Virus record (IMG/VR): IMGVR_UViG_3300045391_002681
Coordinates: 34,412 to 98,411 of that record
Strand: one strand, 5' to 3'
Length of the DNA: 64,000 nt
DNA from: a virus
Under the pieces are notes generated by a model, which had not been told where the DNA came from, did not search any database, and was given only the letters and a program-made list of their open reading frames with translations. Position 1 is the first letter of the stretch. The number at the start of each line of letters is the position of its first letter. Both the position numbers and the translations under genes were made by a program. This document shows, piece by piece, positions 26,149 through 35,197 of the stretch.

Positions 26149-26417
26149 TGGCCTACGAACTCAAACCCGGGCAGGGAACCCTGTTCCGCAACGACAAGGA
26201 CGGCAACGACAAGCGCCCGGACTACCGGGGCGAACTGTGCCTGCCCGATGGCTCTACGCTCAAGCTCGCCGGCTGGGTCAAGGAGGGCAAGAAGGGCAAG
26301 TTCCTGTCGCTCTCCATCGACCGGCCGCGCGACCAGGGAGCCGACGACAGCTTTCGCGGATCGTCTGATCGCGGCCTTTCCGGGCGCGACGGTGATCTGG
26401 AAGACGCGCCGTTCTGA
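26148..26417 (+). CDS. Putative single-stranded DNA-binding protein
   Basis: GTLFRNDK...RPDYRG...AGW...KFLSLSI, with acidic C-terminus EDAPF. Confidence 0.7.
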   Translation: MAYELKPGQGTLFRNDKDGNDKRPDYRGELCLPDGSTLKLAGWVKEGKKGKFLSLSIDRPRDQGADDSFRGSSDRGLSGRDGDLEDAPF

Positions 26418-26420
26418 CCC

Positions 26421-26753
26421 ATGACCCAGATCGTCACCGACGACATGATGCACTCGGCCATGCAGGTTCTCGCCAGCGACCAGCACGCCGAGCTGCGCGC
26501 CCGTTACGAGAGCCTGGACCGGCGCCGCAAGGTGCTCCTGGCGAGGCTGGAGCGCGAGAGCAACGCCAAGACCCAGCGGGAGCGGGAAACCTACGCGCTG
26601 ACCCATCCGCACTATCAGGACTTCCTCGACGGCCTGGACGACGTGGAGAAGGACTATTTCCTGGCCAAGGACCGGCGGGACAATGCCGAGGCGACAACGC
26701 GCGCCTGGCAGACGATGCGCTCGGACATCCGGGCGGCGGAGCGGGTTCGGTGA
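26421..26753 (+). CDS. Hypothetical helical protein
   Basis: ORF in the recombination module. Confidence 0.65.
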   Translation: MTQIVTDDMMHSAMQVLASDQHAELRARYESLDRRRKVLLARLERESNAKTQRERETYALTHPHYQDFLDGLDDVEKDYFLAKDRRDNAEATTRAWQTMRSDIRAAERVR

Positions 26754-27277
26754 GCCAGGTCGCCCCCGTCATGCACCGCGCGCCTGTGGTTCCGGAGCCG
26801 CGCAAGACATTCTCGCCGAAGGTCCGCGCCGAAGTGTTGCTCAAGACCGGCGGCTATTGCGCCTGGTGCAAGGCGAAAATCCACAACGGCCGGTTCGAGG
26901 TCGATCACATCGCCGAGCTGTGGGAGGGCGGCTCGAACGAGATCGGCAACCTTCAGCCGCTCTGCCCGGATTGCCATAAGGAGAAGTCGGCCAAGGGCCG
27001 CACCCGCAACGCCAAGGCTTTCCGCCAGGCCGATGCGTGTTTGCCGCGCGATCCCGACGAGATCGAGCCGTCACGCCTTCGCGGGCGCGCGTTCGACAAG
27101 ACCCTGTCCAAGGGCGTCAACGGCAAGGTCAAGCGCCGCCGAAACGCGACGCCCCTTCAGACCGCAATCAAGGTCGAGATGGCACGGGAAGGCAGTAAGC
27201 GCGAAGCGCACGGCCGACCGCACACAAGTATTCCCAAGTCCCCCTCCCCCCAGAACAAGCACCGGAGGAAGCCTTGA
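26750..27277 (+). CDS. HNH endonuclease
   Basis: CAWC...EVDHI...GGSNEIGNLQPLCPDCHKEKS. Confidence 0.88.
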   Translation: MSQVAPVMHRAPVVPEPRKTFSPKVRAEVLLKTGGYCAWCKAKIHNGRFEVDHIAELWEGGSNEIGNLQPLCPDCHKEKSAKGRTRNAKAFRQADACLPRDPDEIEPSRLRGRAFDKTLSKGVNGKVKRRRNATPLQTAIKVEMAREGSKREAHGRPHTSIPKSPSPQNKHRRKP

Positions 27278-27801
27278 TGGTGGATCTAGCTGAACAAGAG
27301 GCGCTTGACCGAGCGCTGATCGACAAGATGCCCACGCTCGACATGGCGTGGCCCGAAGAGATGCGCGAGCAGTGGATGGGCTGGGCCCTCGAACTCCTTC
27401 GCCGCGCCCGCGAACGTGAGGACGCCGTTCTAACCGCCTACCGCCGAGAGAGCGGGGACGGCGATGGACACGCGCTCGCTCGGCGCTTCCACGAGACCTA
27501 TGAGCGCCTAGCGCCATCATTCGGCTACGAGACCCGTGCAGACACGCGCCAGTTCGATCCGGCGTCGTCCAATGGACGGCTGATGGTCGCGGTGTGTTCG
27601 GAGATCGCCCGCACTACGTCGGCCTCCCCCGACCTAGCGAGGCTGATCATCGCGGCTCGCAACGTGGCGTTTGGCGACCAGGGCGCCGAGGCCATCCGCG
27701 AGCTAGACGAAGCATCCGAGGCATTTGCTGATTGCCTGCCGTGGGATGACGAGCCTGCCACTCCCATCCACCTCCAAGGGGAAGACCATGACGGACAATA
27801 G
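27274..27801 (+). CDS. Hypothetical protein
   Basis: Coupled ORF. Confidence 0.55.
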   Translation: MMVDLAEQEALDRALIDKMPTLDMAWPEEMREQWMGWALELLRRAREREDAVLTAYRRESGDGDGHALARRFHETYERLAPSFGYETRADTRQFDPASSNGRLMVAVCSEIARTTSASPDLARLIIAARNVAFGDQGAEAIRELDEASEAFADCLPWDDEPATPIHLQGEDHDGQ

Positions 27802-28174
27802 TTCGGACATCGCGGGGGCTATTGAGCGGCTGGAGCCGTGTCCGCTCTGCGGGTCGGATGCGGTGTTTGCCGCCGAACAAAAGCACTGCACGCCGCCGTT
27901 TCCTGAATTGCGCTGCGTATCTTGCGCTGAGTGCGAATCCTACGGCCCAGAGAAATGGACCGACGCCGAAGCCATCGCCGCCTGGAACACCCGCCCCACA
28001 CCATCAGGGGAAGGTCTGGTGGAGGCGGCTAAGACCGCGCTGTGCGTCCTTTGCGCCGTTCCGCAGGACAGCCTGCATGTCAACGCCCGCAAGGACGTGA
28101 ACATCGCGTGTGAAGGCCTCCGCCACGCCCTCGCCGCCCACCAACCCCCTAGCGGGGAAGGGGGCGGGTCGTGA
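27788..28174 (+). CDS. Lar-family (restriction alleviation) Zn-finger protein
   Basis: LEPCPLCG...VSCAECESYGP...AIAAWNTR. Confidence 0.72.
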   Translation: MTDNSSDIAGAIERLEPCPLCGSDAVFAAEQKHCTPPFPELRCVSCAECESYGPEKWTDAEAIAAWNTRPTPSGEGLVEAAKTALCVLCAVPQDSLHVNARKDVNIACEGLRHALAAHQPPSGEGGGS

Positions 28175-30050
28175 GCAAACTGACTGCGCCGCAATTAGCC
28201 GCGCTGCAACTCGTTTCGGTGTGGTCCAAGCCCGGCGGGACGTACATGCCTAGGGCGCGCCACGCCCGAACATTCGAGGTCTGTGTTCGGAAGGGCGTTC
28301 TTGAGTACCGCTCCGTCGATCACGGTTCGCCGTACAACGGATACGCCCTCACCGATGCCGGTCGCCAAGCTCTTCAGGGGACCACCCCATGACCCCATCC
28401 GAAGAGAAGGACGTGCGGGAGATTCGCATGTCCTGCAACTGCGACCCGACGTGGCGACAGTGCTTCTCAAGCGACTGTCCGCGAGCAGCGGTCATGGTCC
28501 CAAGGGGCCGACTAGCGCTGCTTGAATCCGCCCTCCAATCCGCTGAGCGGCTGAGCAAGTCACCCTGGATCACGGAAGAGGGCTTCCGCGATGTGGAAGA
28601 CCTGCTCGACATGGGGCGCATTGGCCGGTCCTTGATGGACGACATCGCCTCATGCGTCCACTCGACAGCGGGCTACGAGCACTGGTCGCCTGCCGACGAT
28701 CCGGCCGAAATCGTGGTTGATCTCATCAACGATCTCACCGACACGCGCGCCGCCCTCCAATCCGCCGAACAGCGCGCAACCAAGCTGGCAGAAGAGGTGG
28801 AGCGGCTGAAGCCGTTCGAGGAAGCCGCGAGCACATGGGCTATCGCGTGCGGTGTCGCCAGGGGCGAGCGAGATATCGCCGAGGGCAGACTTGCTCTCCT
28901 GGAACGCCGCTCCGGTGATGTGGTGGTGCTGCCGCGTGAACCGACGCGCGAAATGTGGGCGGCCATGGGAAACGCCCTGGTCGGAAGCACTACTGTTCAT
29001 CACGACGCTGTAGCGGCGAAAGTCTGGTCCGCGCTCGTCGCCCTAGCCCCACTCCAGGGGGAAGAGGCGCCATGAGCCTGAGCCCCGAGAACAAGGCGCT
29101 CTTGGAGCAGCTATACGACTTCGGCCCCCCGCTCCCAGCGCAGTTCGTGTTCAGCCGGGAATCCCTGGACGAACTGATGAACGCAGTCCGCGCCCAACCC
29201 CACCCCGACGTGGCCCGGCTGGTGGAGGCGCTGAAGCGGATCGCGGAAATGAACCCCCGCGAGACCATACCCGAATTGCGTCCAGCTTGGCGGCGTGCCC
29301 TTGGGATCGCCCGCGCAGCCATCGCCCCCTTCAGCTCCACAGAGGAGAAAGGGTGATGCCGTACGAGGTCGTGCGCTACCACTGCAACGTCTGCCGTCAG
29401 CCCTACAAGAAGTACGCCGAAGCGGAGAGGTGCGAACGGCAGAACCACCACGCGCGCACAGTCTGGCCTTCGCACCGCCCCACCCCCGCAGAGGAGCCTT
29501 AAGCCATGGCCGAGCAAGACCTACGGGAGCAAGTGGCGCGGATTCTGCTGCCAGCCGCTTTCGAGCGCTTGGACGACGGATGTGCCGACCGTGAGGACCG
29601 CGAGGAAATCGCGGGCGCATTGGAAATCGCAAGCGATGTCCTCTCTCTGGTCTCCTCCACCAAGGAGGGATGGCGGCTTGTTCCGGTTGAGCCGACAGAG
29701 GAGATGATCGAGGCCTATTGCACAACGCTTGAACGCCTCGGCTTCACGTCATGGGTCACGGCCAGCACAGTCTGGGCCGCCATGCTCGCCGCTTCTCCAT
29801 CCCCAAAGCTAGACCACAAGACGCCTTCGGAGGGGGAACGTTGAGCGGGCGGGTGCGAGCAACGCTCGGCGAGATGCGCCGGTTACGCGCGGAGGTCGAG
29901 GCGTTGCGCGGCGCCATTAGCTGGGTATCCCCCGAACTGATCGCCGGCCGAAGTGACGCGGAGATCGTGAAGCGCGTCGGCTTCCTGAACCAGGACGTGC
30001 AGCGCTTCGACAAACGCCGCGCCCCCTCCCCATCCGGGGGCCAGCCATGA
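28171..30050 (+). other. Cluster of modular ea/ead-like early genes
   Basis: Coupled ORFs (28171-28392, 28389-29075, 29072-29356, 29506-29844) with recurring PxEPTxEM and PDxARL modules. Confidence 0.55.
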
Positions 30051-30259
30051 GCGCTCCGATCACCCGGGCCCTGATCGAGCGAGCTATCACGGCCATGGAA
30101 TCCACCGGCCATCCCGTGAAAGGCGTTCGCCTGTCCCCAGATGGGTGCGTTAGCCTATTGACCGAGACGCCCGCTGGCGCCCTAGCGTCCAATGACGACC
30201 AGGGAGATTGGCTGAGTCTTGCCGGCGAGACGGACGTACCTCGTGCCCAAGGGGCTTAA
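30047..30259 (+). CDS. Putative excisionase
   Basis: 70-aa ORF overlapping the integrase start. Confidence 0.5.
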   Translation: MSAPITRALIERAITAMESTGHPVKGVRLSPDGCVSLLTETPAGALASNDDQGDWLSLAGETDVPRAQGA

Positions 30260-31370
30260 ACCCGTCAAGCGCAAGCTGGCGAACGGCGATGTGCGGACCT
30301 ATTGGTATCACCGCGCCACCGGAAAGGCCCTGACGCACGATCCCGAGACCGCTGAGGGCCTTCTAGAGGTCGCCGCGCTGGACAGGCGCAGCGGCGTCAC
30401 ATCGGCCGCCAGCGGCCATCCTGGCGGCTCCTACGCGGAATTGTGGGCTGAGTACCGCAAGAGCCCCGAGTGGAAGAACCTGCGGCCCCGCACCCGATCC
30501 GATTACCAGGCCGTCCGTGACTGGCTGGGCGACAAGGCCGCCGAGCGCATGATGCTGAAGCAGCTCACGTCAGGCGACCTATTCAAGCTCCGCGACAAGG
30601 CGTTCAAGGCCAAAGGGCGCCGGTTCGCCAACTACGTCGTCCAGGTCATGCGCCTCACGCTGAAGTGGGGCAAGAAGCGCGACATGCTGGCGGTCAACCC
30701 GGCCGAGGAAGTCGATCAGATCCGAAAGCCGACCGGAGAGGCTAAGGTCAACCGGGCCTGGACCATGGCCGAGGTCGAAGCCTTCGCCAACGCCGCGCCG
30801 CCGCACCTGATCCTGCCGTTCATGCTCGGCCTCTTCGCGGGGATGCGCCAGGGCGACGCCCTGCACGTCACCTGGAGCGCCTATGACGGCCTCGCCCTAC
30901 GGTGGATCGCCAGCAAGAACGGCGAGCCCTGCATGGCCCCGGTGAGCGGCGATTTCAAACGCCTGCTGGACGCGGCCAAGGAGCGCCGGGGTAAAGCCGT
31001 CCAGATCGCCGTCACGTCCACCGGCACGCCCTGGACACAGAGCGGGTTCCGCGCCTCGTTCTTCAAGCTGCTGCGGACGCTCCGCGCCGCCGGCGCCGTG
31101 CAGCCGGGCTGCACCTTCCACGGCCTGCGCCACACCATCGGCTCAACAGCGCGTGATGACGGCCAGAGCGAATCGCGGGTGGCCGCCGCCATCGGCGACC
31201 GGAGCCCCGCCATGGCCCAAATTTACGGCCGCGACGCCGACAAGGCCGAGGCGCAGACCACGGTTCTGGAGGGCGTGCAGAAACGCTTTGCGAACATCGA
31301 TTGGAAAATATCGGCAGCTGATTGGAAAACGGCTCGCTCCCCGAAGGGTGCGAAATCGCCGAAAACCTGA
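30219..31370 (+). CDS. int: Tyrosine integrase
   Basis: GMRQGD (R), SKNG (K), FHGLRH, QIYG (Y); adjacent to the tRNA att core. Confidence 0.93.
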   Translation: MPARRTYLVPKGLKPVKRKLANGDVRTYWYHRATGKALTHDPETAEGLLEVAALDRRSGVTSAASGHPGGSYAELWAEYRKSPEWKNLRPRTRSDYQAVRDWLGDKAAERMMLKQLTSGDLFKLRDKAFKAKGRRFANYVVQVMRLTLKWGKKRDMLAVNPAEEVDQIRKPTGEAKVNRAWTMAEVEAFANAAPPHLILPFMLGLFAGMRQGDALHVTWSAYDGLALRWIASKNGEPCMAPVSGDFKRLLDAAKERRGKAVQIAVTSTGTPWTQSGFRASFFKLLRTLRAAGAVQPGCTFHGLRHTIGSTARDDGQSESRVAAAIGDRSPAMAQIYGRDADKAEAQTTVLEGVQKRFANIDWKISAADWKTARSPKGAKSPKT

Positions 31371-31484
31371 ATGAAAAGAAAGTGGTGCCTGGGGGCGGAA
31401 TCGAACCACCGACACGCGGATTTTCAAGCGGAGCGTTTCCCTAGTCTTTATAATGGGGAGCGGTCGGGCTGATTGGAAAACGGC
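31299..31484. repeat. Integrase arm-type sites flanking the att core
   Basis: GCTGATTGGAAAACGGC at 31317-31333 and 31468-31484; partial copy GATTGGAAAA at 31299. Confidence 0.75.
31383..31426 (-). other. att core = 3' half of tRNA-Phe(GAA)
   Basis: TGAAAATCCGCGTGTCGGTGGTTCGATTCCGCCCCCAGGCACCA; no 5' half. Confidence 0.88.
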
Positions 31485-31513
31485 GGCCGAACGCCGAAGG
31501 GGGAGCGGGCCAG

Positions 31514-32035
31514 ATGGAAAACGAAATTGGCGTCTATCTCCTCTTTCGAAAGAGGAGGCTCGTCTATGTCGGGCGCAGCAAAAACCCTCCGAAACGCGTC
31601 GACGCTCATAGGCGAAACGGTCGGGCCTTTGACTACTCCCTGACCGTGAATTGCCCCGCTGAAGATGTGGCCTGGATCGAGCGCGCACTGATTGCAGCGC
31701 TGAACCCGCCTCAGAACTCCTTGGGCGTGACGGCCAAGACGGAAGAGGCGCTGGAGGCCCAAGTCGTCAAGATCATCTACCGGGACCGCCCCGTCAGGGT
31801 CGATCCGCCGCCACCGGTCTATTCGCTGACCGACGCCGAGCGCGTCGCGGACAAGAGCGGCCTACGCGTGCCCTTCCTGAAAGACGTGAGGTCAGGCGCC
31901 CTACCCTCCGCACCAAAGAACCCTGCGTTCACCGGCCCTCGGTGCCGGCGCGTCATCACGCACGAAGACTTGACCAGATGGCTATCGCGGATGGACGAGG
32001 CGCGGCGCGCGTCGGGGTGGTCCGTGCCCGCTTGA
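31514..32035 (+). CDS. GIY-YIG nuclease with possible C-terminal excisionase-like HTH
   Basis: IGVYLLF...VYVGRSKN...RVDAH; C-terminus YSLTDAERV...RRVITHEDLTRWL. Confidence 0.7.
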   Translation: MENEIGVYLLFRKRRLVYVGRSKNPPKRVDAHRRNGRAFDYSLTVNCPAEDVAWIERALIAALNPPQNSLGVTAKTEEALEAQVVKIIYRDRPVRVDPPPPVYSLTDAERVADKSGLRVPFLKDVRSGALPSAPKNPAFTGPRCRRVITHEDLTRWLSRMDEARRASGWSVPA

Positions 32036-32067
32036 CTCCCCGCCGCCAGTTGCCGTTTCGTTCCGGC

Positions 32068-32301
32068 ATGGCCCAACTGACCCTCGGCTACCTCCTCTCC
32101 GAGGACCCCAACCGCTCCCTCCGGTTCGTCTGCGATTCCTGCCCTCATTGGACGGACAAGCCTCTACCAGCCCTGTGCGTAGCCCTTGGAGAGAACAAGC
32201 TCCTGAAGGATGTGAAGCCCAAGTGCTCCCGGTGTGGGGCTAAGGGATCGAAGGTCAGGGTCGAGGTCTGGAAGGATACGTGGAGCGGGCCGAGGGGGTA
32301 G
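32068..32301 (+). CDS. Small Zn-ribbon protein
   Basis: CDSC...CSRC. Confidence 0.65.
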   Translation: MAQLTLGYLLSEDPNRSLRFVCDSCPHWTDKPLPALCVALGENKLLKDVKPKCSRCGAKGSKVRVEVWKDTWSGPRG

Positions 32302-32302
32302 A

Positions 32303-32440
32303 TGCTGCGGCCAGCGGTTTTCAGGCTTGAGCAACCGTTAGCGTCGGAACCGCATGTAGGTCGCTAAATGGGCCTGACGGAGGGTTCCGCGCCCTCCCGC
32401 AACTACCTTATGGACGCCCGCGAGTGACGCCGCCGCAGCA
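32303..32440. ncRNA. Candidate structured RNA
   Basis: 9-bp closing stem TGCTGCGGC/GCCGCAGCA enclosing several hairpins. Confidence 0.4.
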
Positions 32441-32518
32441 CAAATAATCTAACCGAATCCGATTGGAATCGCTATGCTTTTTCTCGCCACGGCAAAGGCT
32501 CTTTGGTAACATGACCAA

Positions 32519-32803
32519 ATGAGCCGGGACCTGGAATTTCTCGCGCAGCAGATGGTCAGCCCGCGCCGCCGGGACCCGAACGACCGGGAGCGCCTAGCGG
32601 AGGCCGCTCATCGAAAGCGCTGCGCCAAGCACAAAGGCCGCAACCACTGGGCAAACTGGGAGCGCCGGCAAATGGCGGCCGAGAAGCGCGCCGCCGCCGA
32701 GGCCAAGACAGAGAAGCGACAGCGGGCCTGGGCGGCCTACGTCGAGCAGGTCCGGGCGTACTGGTCGGGCGACCGACGCGATCTGCCGAGGCGGCCGGCA
32801 TGA
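32519..32803 (+). CDS. Basic hypothetical protein
   Basis: ORF ATGA-coupled to the next gene. Confidence 0.55.
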   Translation: MSRDLEFLAQQMVSPRRRDPNDRERLAEAAHRKRCAKHKGRNHWANWERRQMAAEKRAAAEAKTEKRQRAWAAYVEQVRAYWSGDRRDLPRRPA

Positions 32804-33081
32804 AGGCGCCCTATGAACTAGTCCTCGTCAAATGGGAGGACAGCGCTCAGCCGCGGGCGGCATGGGAGTGGCTTGACGAATATGAGCTTGAAGGCCCCAT
32901 CATCTGTGTTTCGGTGGGCTACCTCGTTGCGGAAACCGATTTCGCCATTGCCGTCGCGCCGAACCTCGGGGACATCGACCTTTCACGCGCCCAGGCCAGC
33001 GGGATTATGAGAATCCCTCGCTCGGCCGTGCGATCCATGGAAAAGCTGACGGTTGTCGCCTCCGCAGATAAGGCCGCCTAA
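32800..33081 (+). CDS. Hypothetical protein
   Basis: VLVKWEDSA...CVSVGYLV...IPRSAV, compact beta-rich phage protein. Confidence 0.65.
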   Translation: MKAPYELVLVKWEDSAQPRAAWEWLDEYELEGPIICVSVGYLVAETDFAIAVAPNLGDIDLSRAQASGIMRIPRSAVRSMEKLTVVASADKAA

Positions 33082-33090
33082 GCGCCACCG

Positions 33091-33327
33091 CTATCCATAC
33101 TCCCTCAACACCTTCGCCACGTCCTTCCTCAACTCCGGCTTGATCCTCCACCCCTCTCCCACCTGTTCGAAGTAGCCCAGTTTCGCCAGATGCGTTGCGC
33201 AGGCCATGCGGTGAAGCCGGGCCTGGATGTCGCCTGAGGGGTCTGCTCGGATCACACCGCCCTTCGCTGAGCACGCTTCGCGCAACAGCTCTATTTCCGT
33301 GTCCGTTAGGAGGATGTCCTTGGGCAT
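33091..33327 (-). CDS. Small winged-helix-like hypothetical protein
   Basis: LTDTEIELL...HLAKLGYFEQVGEGWRIK. Confidence 0.55.
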   Translation of the reverse strand: MPKDILLTDTEIELLREACSAKGGVIRADPSGDIQARLHRMACATHLAKLGYFEQVGEGWRIKPELRKDVAKVLREYG

Positions 33328-33487
33328 GACAGACGCCGAACTGCTCGACGCCATCTACTGGAAGGTGATGGCGTGGCTGAAGCCGATGCCGGGCGTTCCC
33401 GCTGACGAGACCCTGTTGCAGATCATCGAGCTATTCGAGGCCAACGGTCGGGAGTTCGTGAAGGTGGACTATCCGGCGAACGACTAG
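33326..33487 (+). CDS. Small hypothetical protein
   Basis: AGGAGGA upstream; MTDAELLDAIYWKVMAWL... Confidence 0.5.
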   Translation: MTDAELLDAIYWKVMAWLKPMPGVPADETLLQIIELFEANGREFVKVDYPAND

Positions 33488-33825
33488 AACGCCCACCAAT
33501 GCCGCTTGGGCGTGAGCGCCGCCTGGATTTCCGCCGTCCGCCGGTCACAGGCTTCCGTGATGGCGATCACGTCGGCCGTGCGGCGATTGGCCAGGTCAAG
33601 CTGGCCCGTTTGCTGGTCGATGGCCGCTGCTAAAGCCCCAGTCGTTGCCGCTGGTATCGCTGCTGGGGGAACTGGCTGGCGGTAGCTGTCCGGGATCAGC
33701 GGGGCGCACTTGAGCGCAGGCAGGATCGCTGCGATAGGCGTCGTAGCGGCACAGGCCCCCAACAAGGGCAGACATAAGGCCAGGATCAACGGCGTCAGAC
33801 GCCCCCGGCGCTGAGAGGATCGCAC
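33484..33825 (-). CDS. o-spanin (Rz1-like lipoprotein)
   Basis: Lipobox LLGAC, Pro-rich, overlaps the i-spanin gene out of frame. Confidence 0.8.
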   Translation of the reverse strand: MRSSQRRGRLTPLILALCLPLLGACAATTPIAAILPALKCAPLIPDSYRQPVPPAAIPAATTGALAAAIDQQTGQLDLANRRTADVIAITEACDRRTAEIQAALTPKRHWWAF

Positions 33826-34126
33826 GTTGGTTCTCCTGCTGGGTATGGACCGTCACGTCGGCCTTCGCGCGGCCTAGATCCACGATCTTTGCGGCGTCGG
33901 TTTGGGCGCCGGACTGGCCTTGGGCTCCGGTGGCCGTGGCCTGAGAGACGGCCGCTTTCGTCTCTGCGGCCTGCTTGGCGTGCTGGAGGTGCTGGACGTA
34001 GAGCCACGCCGCGCCCACGGCCCCAGCGCCGCCCACCGCCGCCACGACAGGCCAGACGACCTTGGCGATGGCAAAGGCTTCCTTAGCCTCCGCAACGCCG
34101 GGGATGGCGTCTTCAATGAGGCTCAT
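33596..34126 (-). CDS. i-spanin (Rz-like)
   Basis: N-terminal TM followed by a helical periplasmic region; overlaps Rz1. Confidence 0.75.
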   Translation of the reverse strand: MSLIEDAIPGVAEAKEAFAIAKVVWPVVAAVGGAGAVGAAWLYVQHLQHAKQAAETKAAVSQATATGAQGQSGAQTDAAKIVDLGRAKADVTVHTQQENQRAILSAPGASDAVDPGLMSALVGGLCRYDAYRSDPACAQVRPADPGQLPPASSPSSDTSGNDWGFSSGHRPANGPA

Positions 34127-34511
34127 TGGCCGCCCCCCCATGCTGGATGTGAAAGGCCTTCGAACAGCGGTAGCCTTCACCGTGGACGGTTTCGACTACG
34201 CCCCGGCCGAGCTTCTTGCGGAGATTGCTCAGGTGAACCTCGACGCTCTTGGAGCTGCGGTGCTCGGCGGCATGGTCGCGGCGCAGGATGGAGTCTTCCA
34301 GCACCCCTCGCGTGACGACTCGTGGATAGGCGCGCAGCAGCGTTTCCATCAGCGCGCCTTGGGTCGGCGTGAGGCTCCAGCCCCAATCCGGCCTTGTGCG
34401 CGGCATGTCGGCGTCGAGGACTTTGAGCCGGGCTTCTAGCGCAGTGGCATACCGACGCTCGGCGGCAAGACGATGTTCCAAGGCCTCGATGTATGCGGCT
34501 TCGGGAGTCAC
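34113..34511 (-). CDS. Orphan OmpR/PhoB-type winged-helix protein with no receiver domain
   Basis: GTG coupled to the holin stop; LTPTQGALMETLL...VVTRGVL...SVEVHLSNLRKKLG...VETVHGEGY. Confidence 0.82.
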   Translation of the reverse strand: MTPEAAYIEALEHRLAAERRYATALEARLKVLDADMPRTRPDWGWSLTPTQGALMETLLRAYPRVVTRGVLEDSILRRDHAAEHRSSKSVEVHLSNLRKKLGRGVVETVHGEGYRCSKAFHIQHGGAANEPH

Positions 34512-34738
34512 TGGCCGTTCTCCCCCTTGGCGAGGGAGTGGGCGCCGAGCATGGCGGCGATGGCGGCGACGACGACGGCCAGACCCTCGCAGAAGTCTTT
34601 CACCGCGAAGGCTTGGCCATGCAGGACGGCCATGACTTGGAGGGCTACGGGGGACGTGATGCTCGCCGGGATCACCAGCACACGCTTTATGTCGAGCGTG
34701 GCATTGTCTTTCTCGGTCCAGAGGTCGCGGAATTTCAT
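34508..34738 (-). CDS. Putative holin
   Basis: 76 aa with two hydrophobic segments, directly after the endolysin. Confidence 0.6.
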   Translation of the reverse strand: MKFRDLWTEKDNATLDIKRVLVIPASITSPVALQVMAVLHGQAFAVKDFCEGLAVVVAAIAAMLGAHSLAKGENGQ

Positions 34739-34741
34739 CGG

Positions 34742-35197
34742 TCAGGCTCGGTAGAAGGTGTGCGCCCCTATGGCGCAGAGCTGCTTGTCGGGAGAAGCCC
34801 AAGCCGGCAGCCGGGGCAGGATCGCGGGATTGAGGTAGAGGAGCGCCTTGTCCAGGCTCGGTTGGTCGGGCAAGGAGCCGTTCAGCGCCTCTTCCGCCAC
34901 GTCCATGCAAATGTCCCAGATGGCTTGATGCTGGGCGCGCAGGAGCATCCCTTGGGCGTGTTGCTCGGCGTCCTCGCGAGTCCAGCAGACGCGGGTGTAT
35001 CGGCCGTCGCGCATCTCGAACCAGAAACCGGAGAATTGGTTGGGCCATAGGATCGTGCCAGCCACGGTGCCGTCAGATTGATAGCGGCCATGCATCCGGT
35101 TGAGGATCACCTGAGCCACGGCCCGTTTGCCGGCGACCGGCTCACCAGCGGCTTCGGACCAGATGCAGACGGCGAGAAGGGTTGCGTCGTCCATCAC
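34742..35197 (-). CDS. Endolysin, SleB/cell wall hydrolase_2 family
   Basis: IWSEAAGEP...AVAQVILNR...NQFS...IGAHTFY. Confidence 0.88.
   Translation of the reverse strand: MMDDATLLAVCIWSEAAGEPVAGKRAVAQVILNRMHGRYQSDGTVAGTILWPNQFSGFWFEMRDGRYTRVCWTREDAEQHAQGMLLRAQHQAIWDICMDVAEEALNGSLPDQPSLDKALLYLNPAILPRLPAWASPDKQLCAIGAHTFYRA

Larger units (their letters stand above)
1..31426. mobile_element. Prophage 1, lambdoid with HK97-type head (left part outside the window)
   Basis: Ordered capsid-protease-portal-terminase, replication, cro/cI, recombination, xis-int genes, ending at a tRNA-Phe att core. Confidence 0.95.

Noticed and set aside
31180-31230. Integrase inactivation (IGD in place of LGH)
   Set aside because: This catalytic position is variable; R, K, HxxR and Y are intact and the ORF is uninterrupted
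31383-31460. Complete tRNA-Phe gene
   Set aside because: Only the anticodon loop to CCA is present; the upstream sequence cannot form the D-arm or acceptor 5' strand
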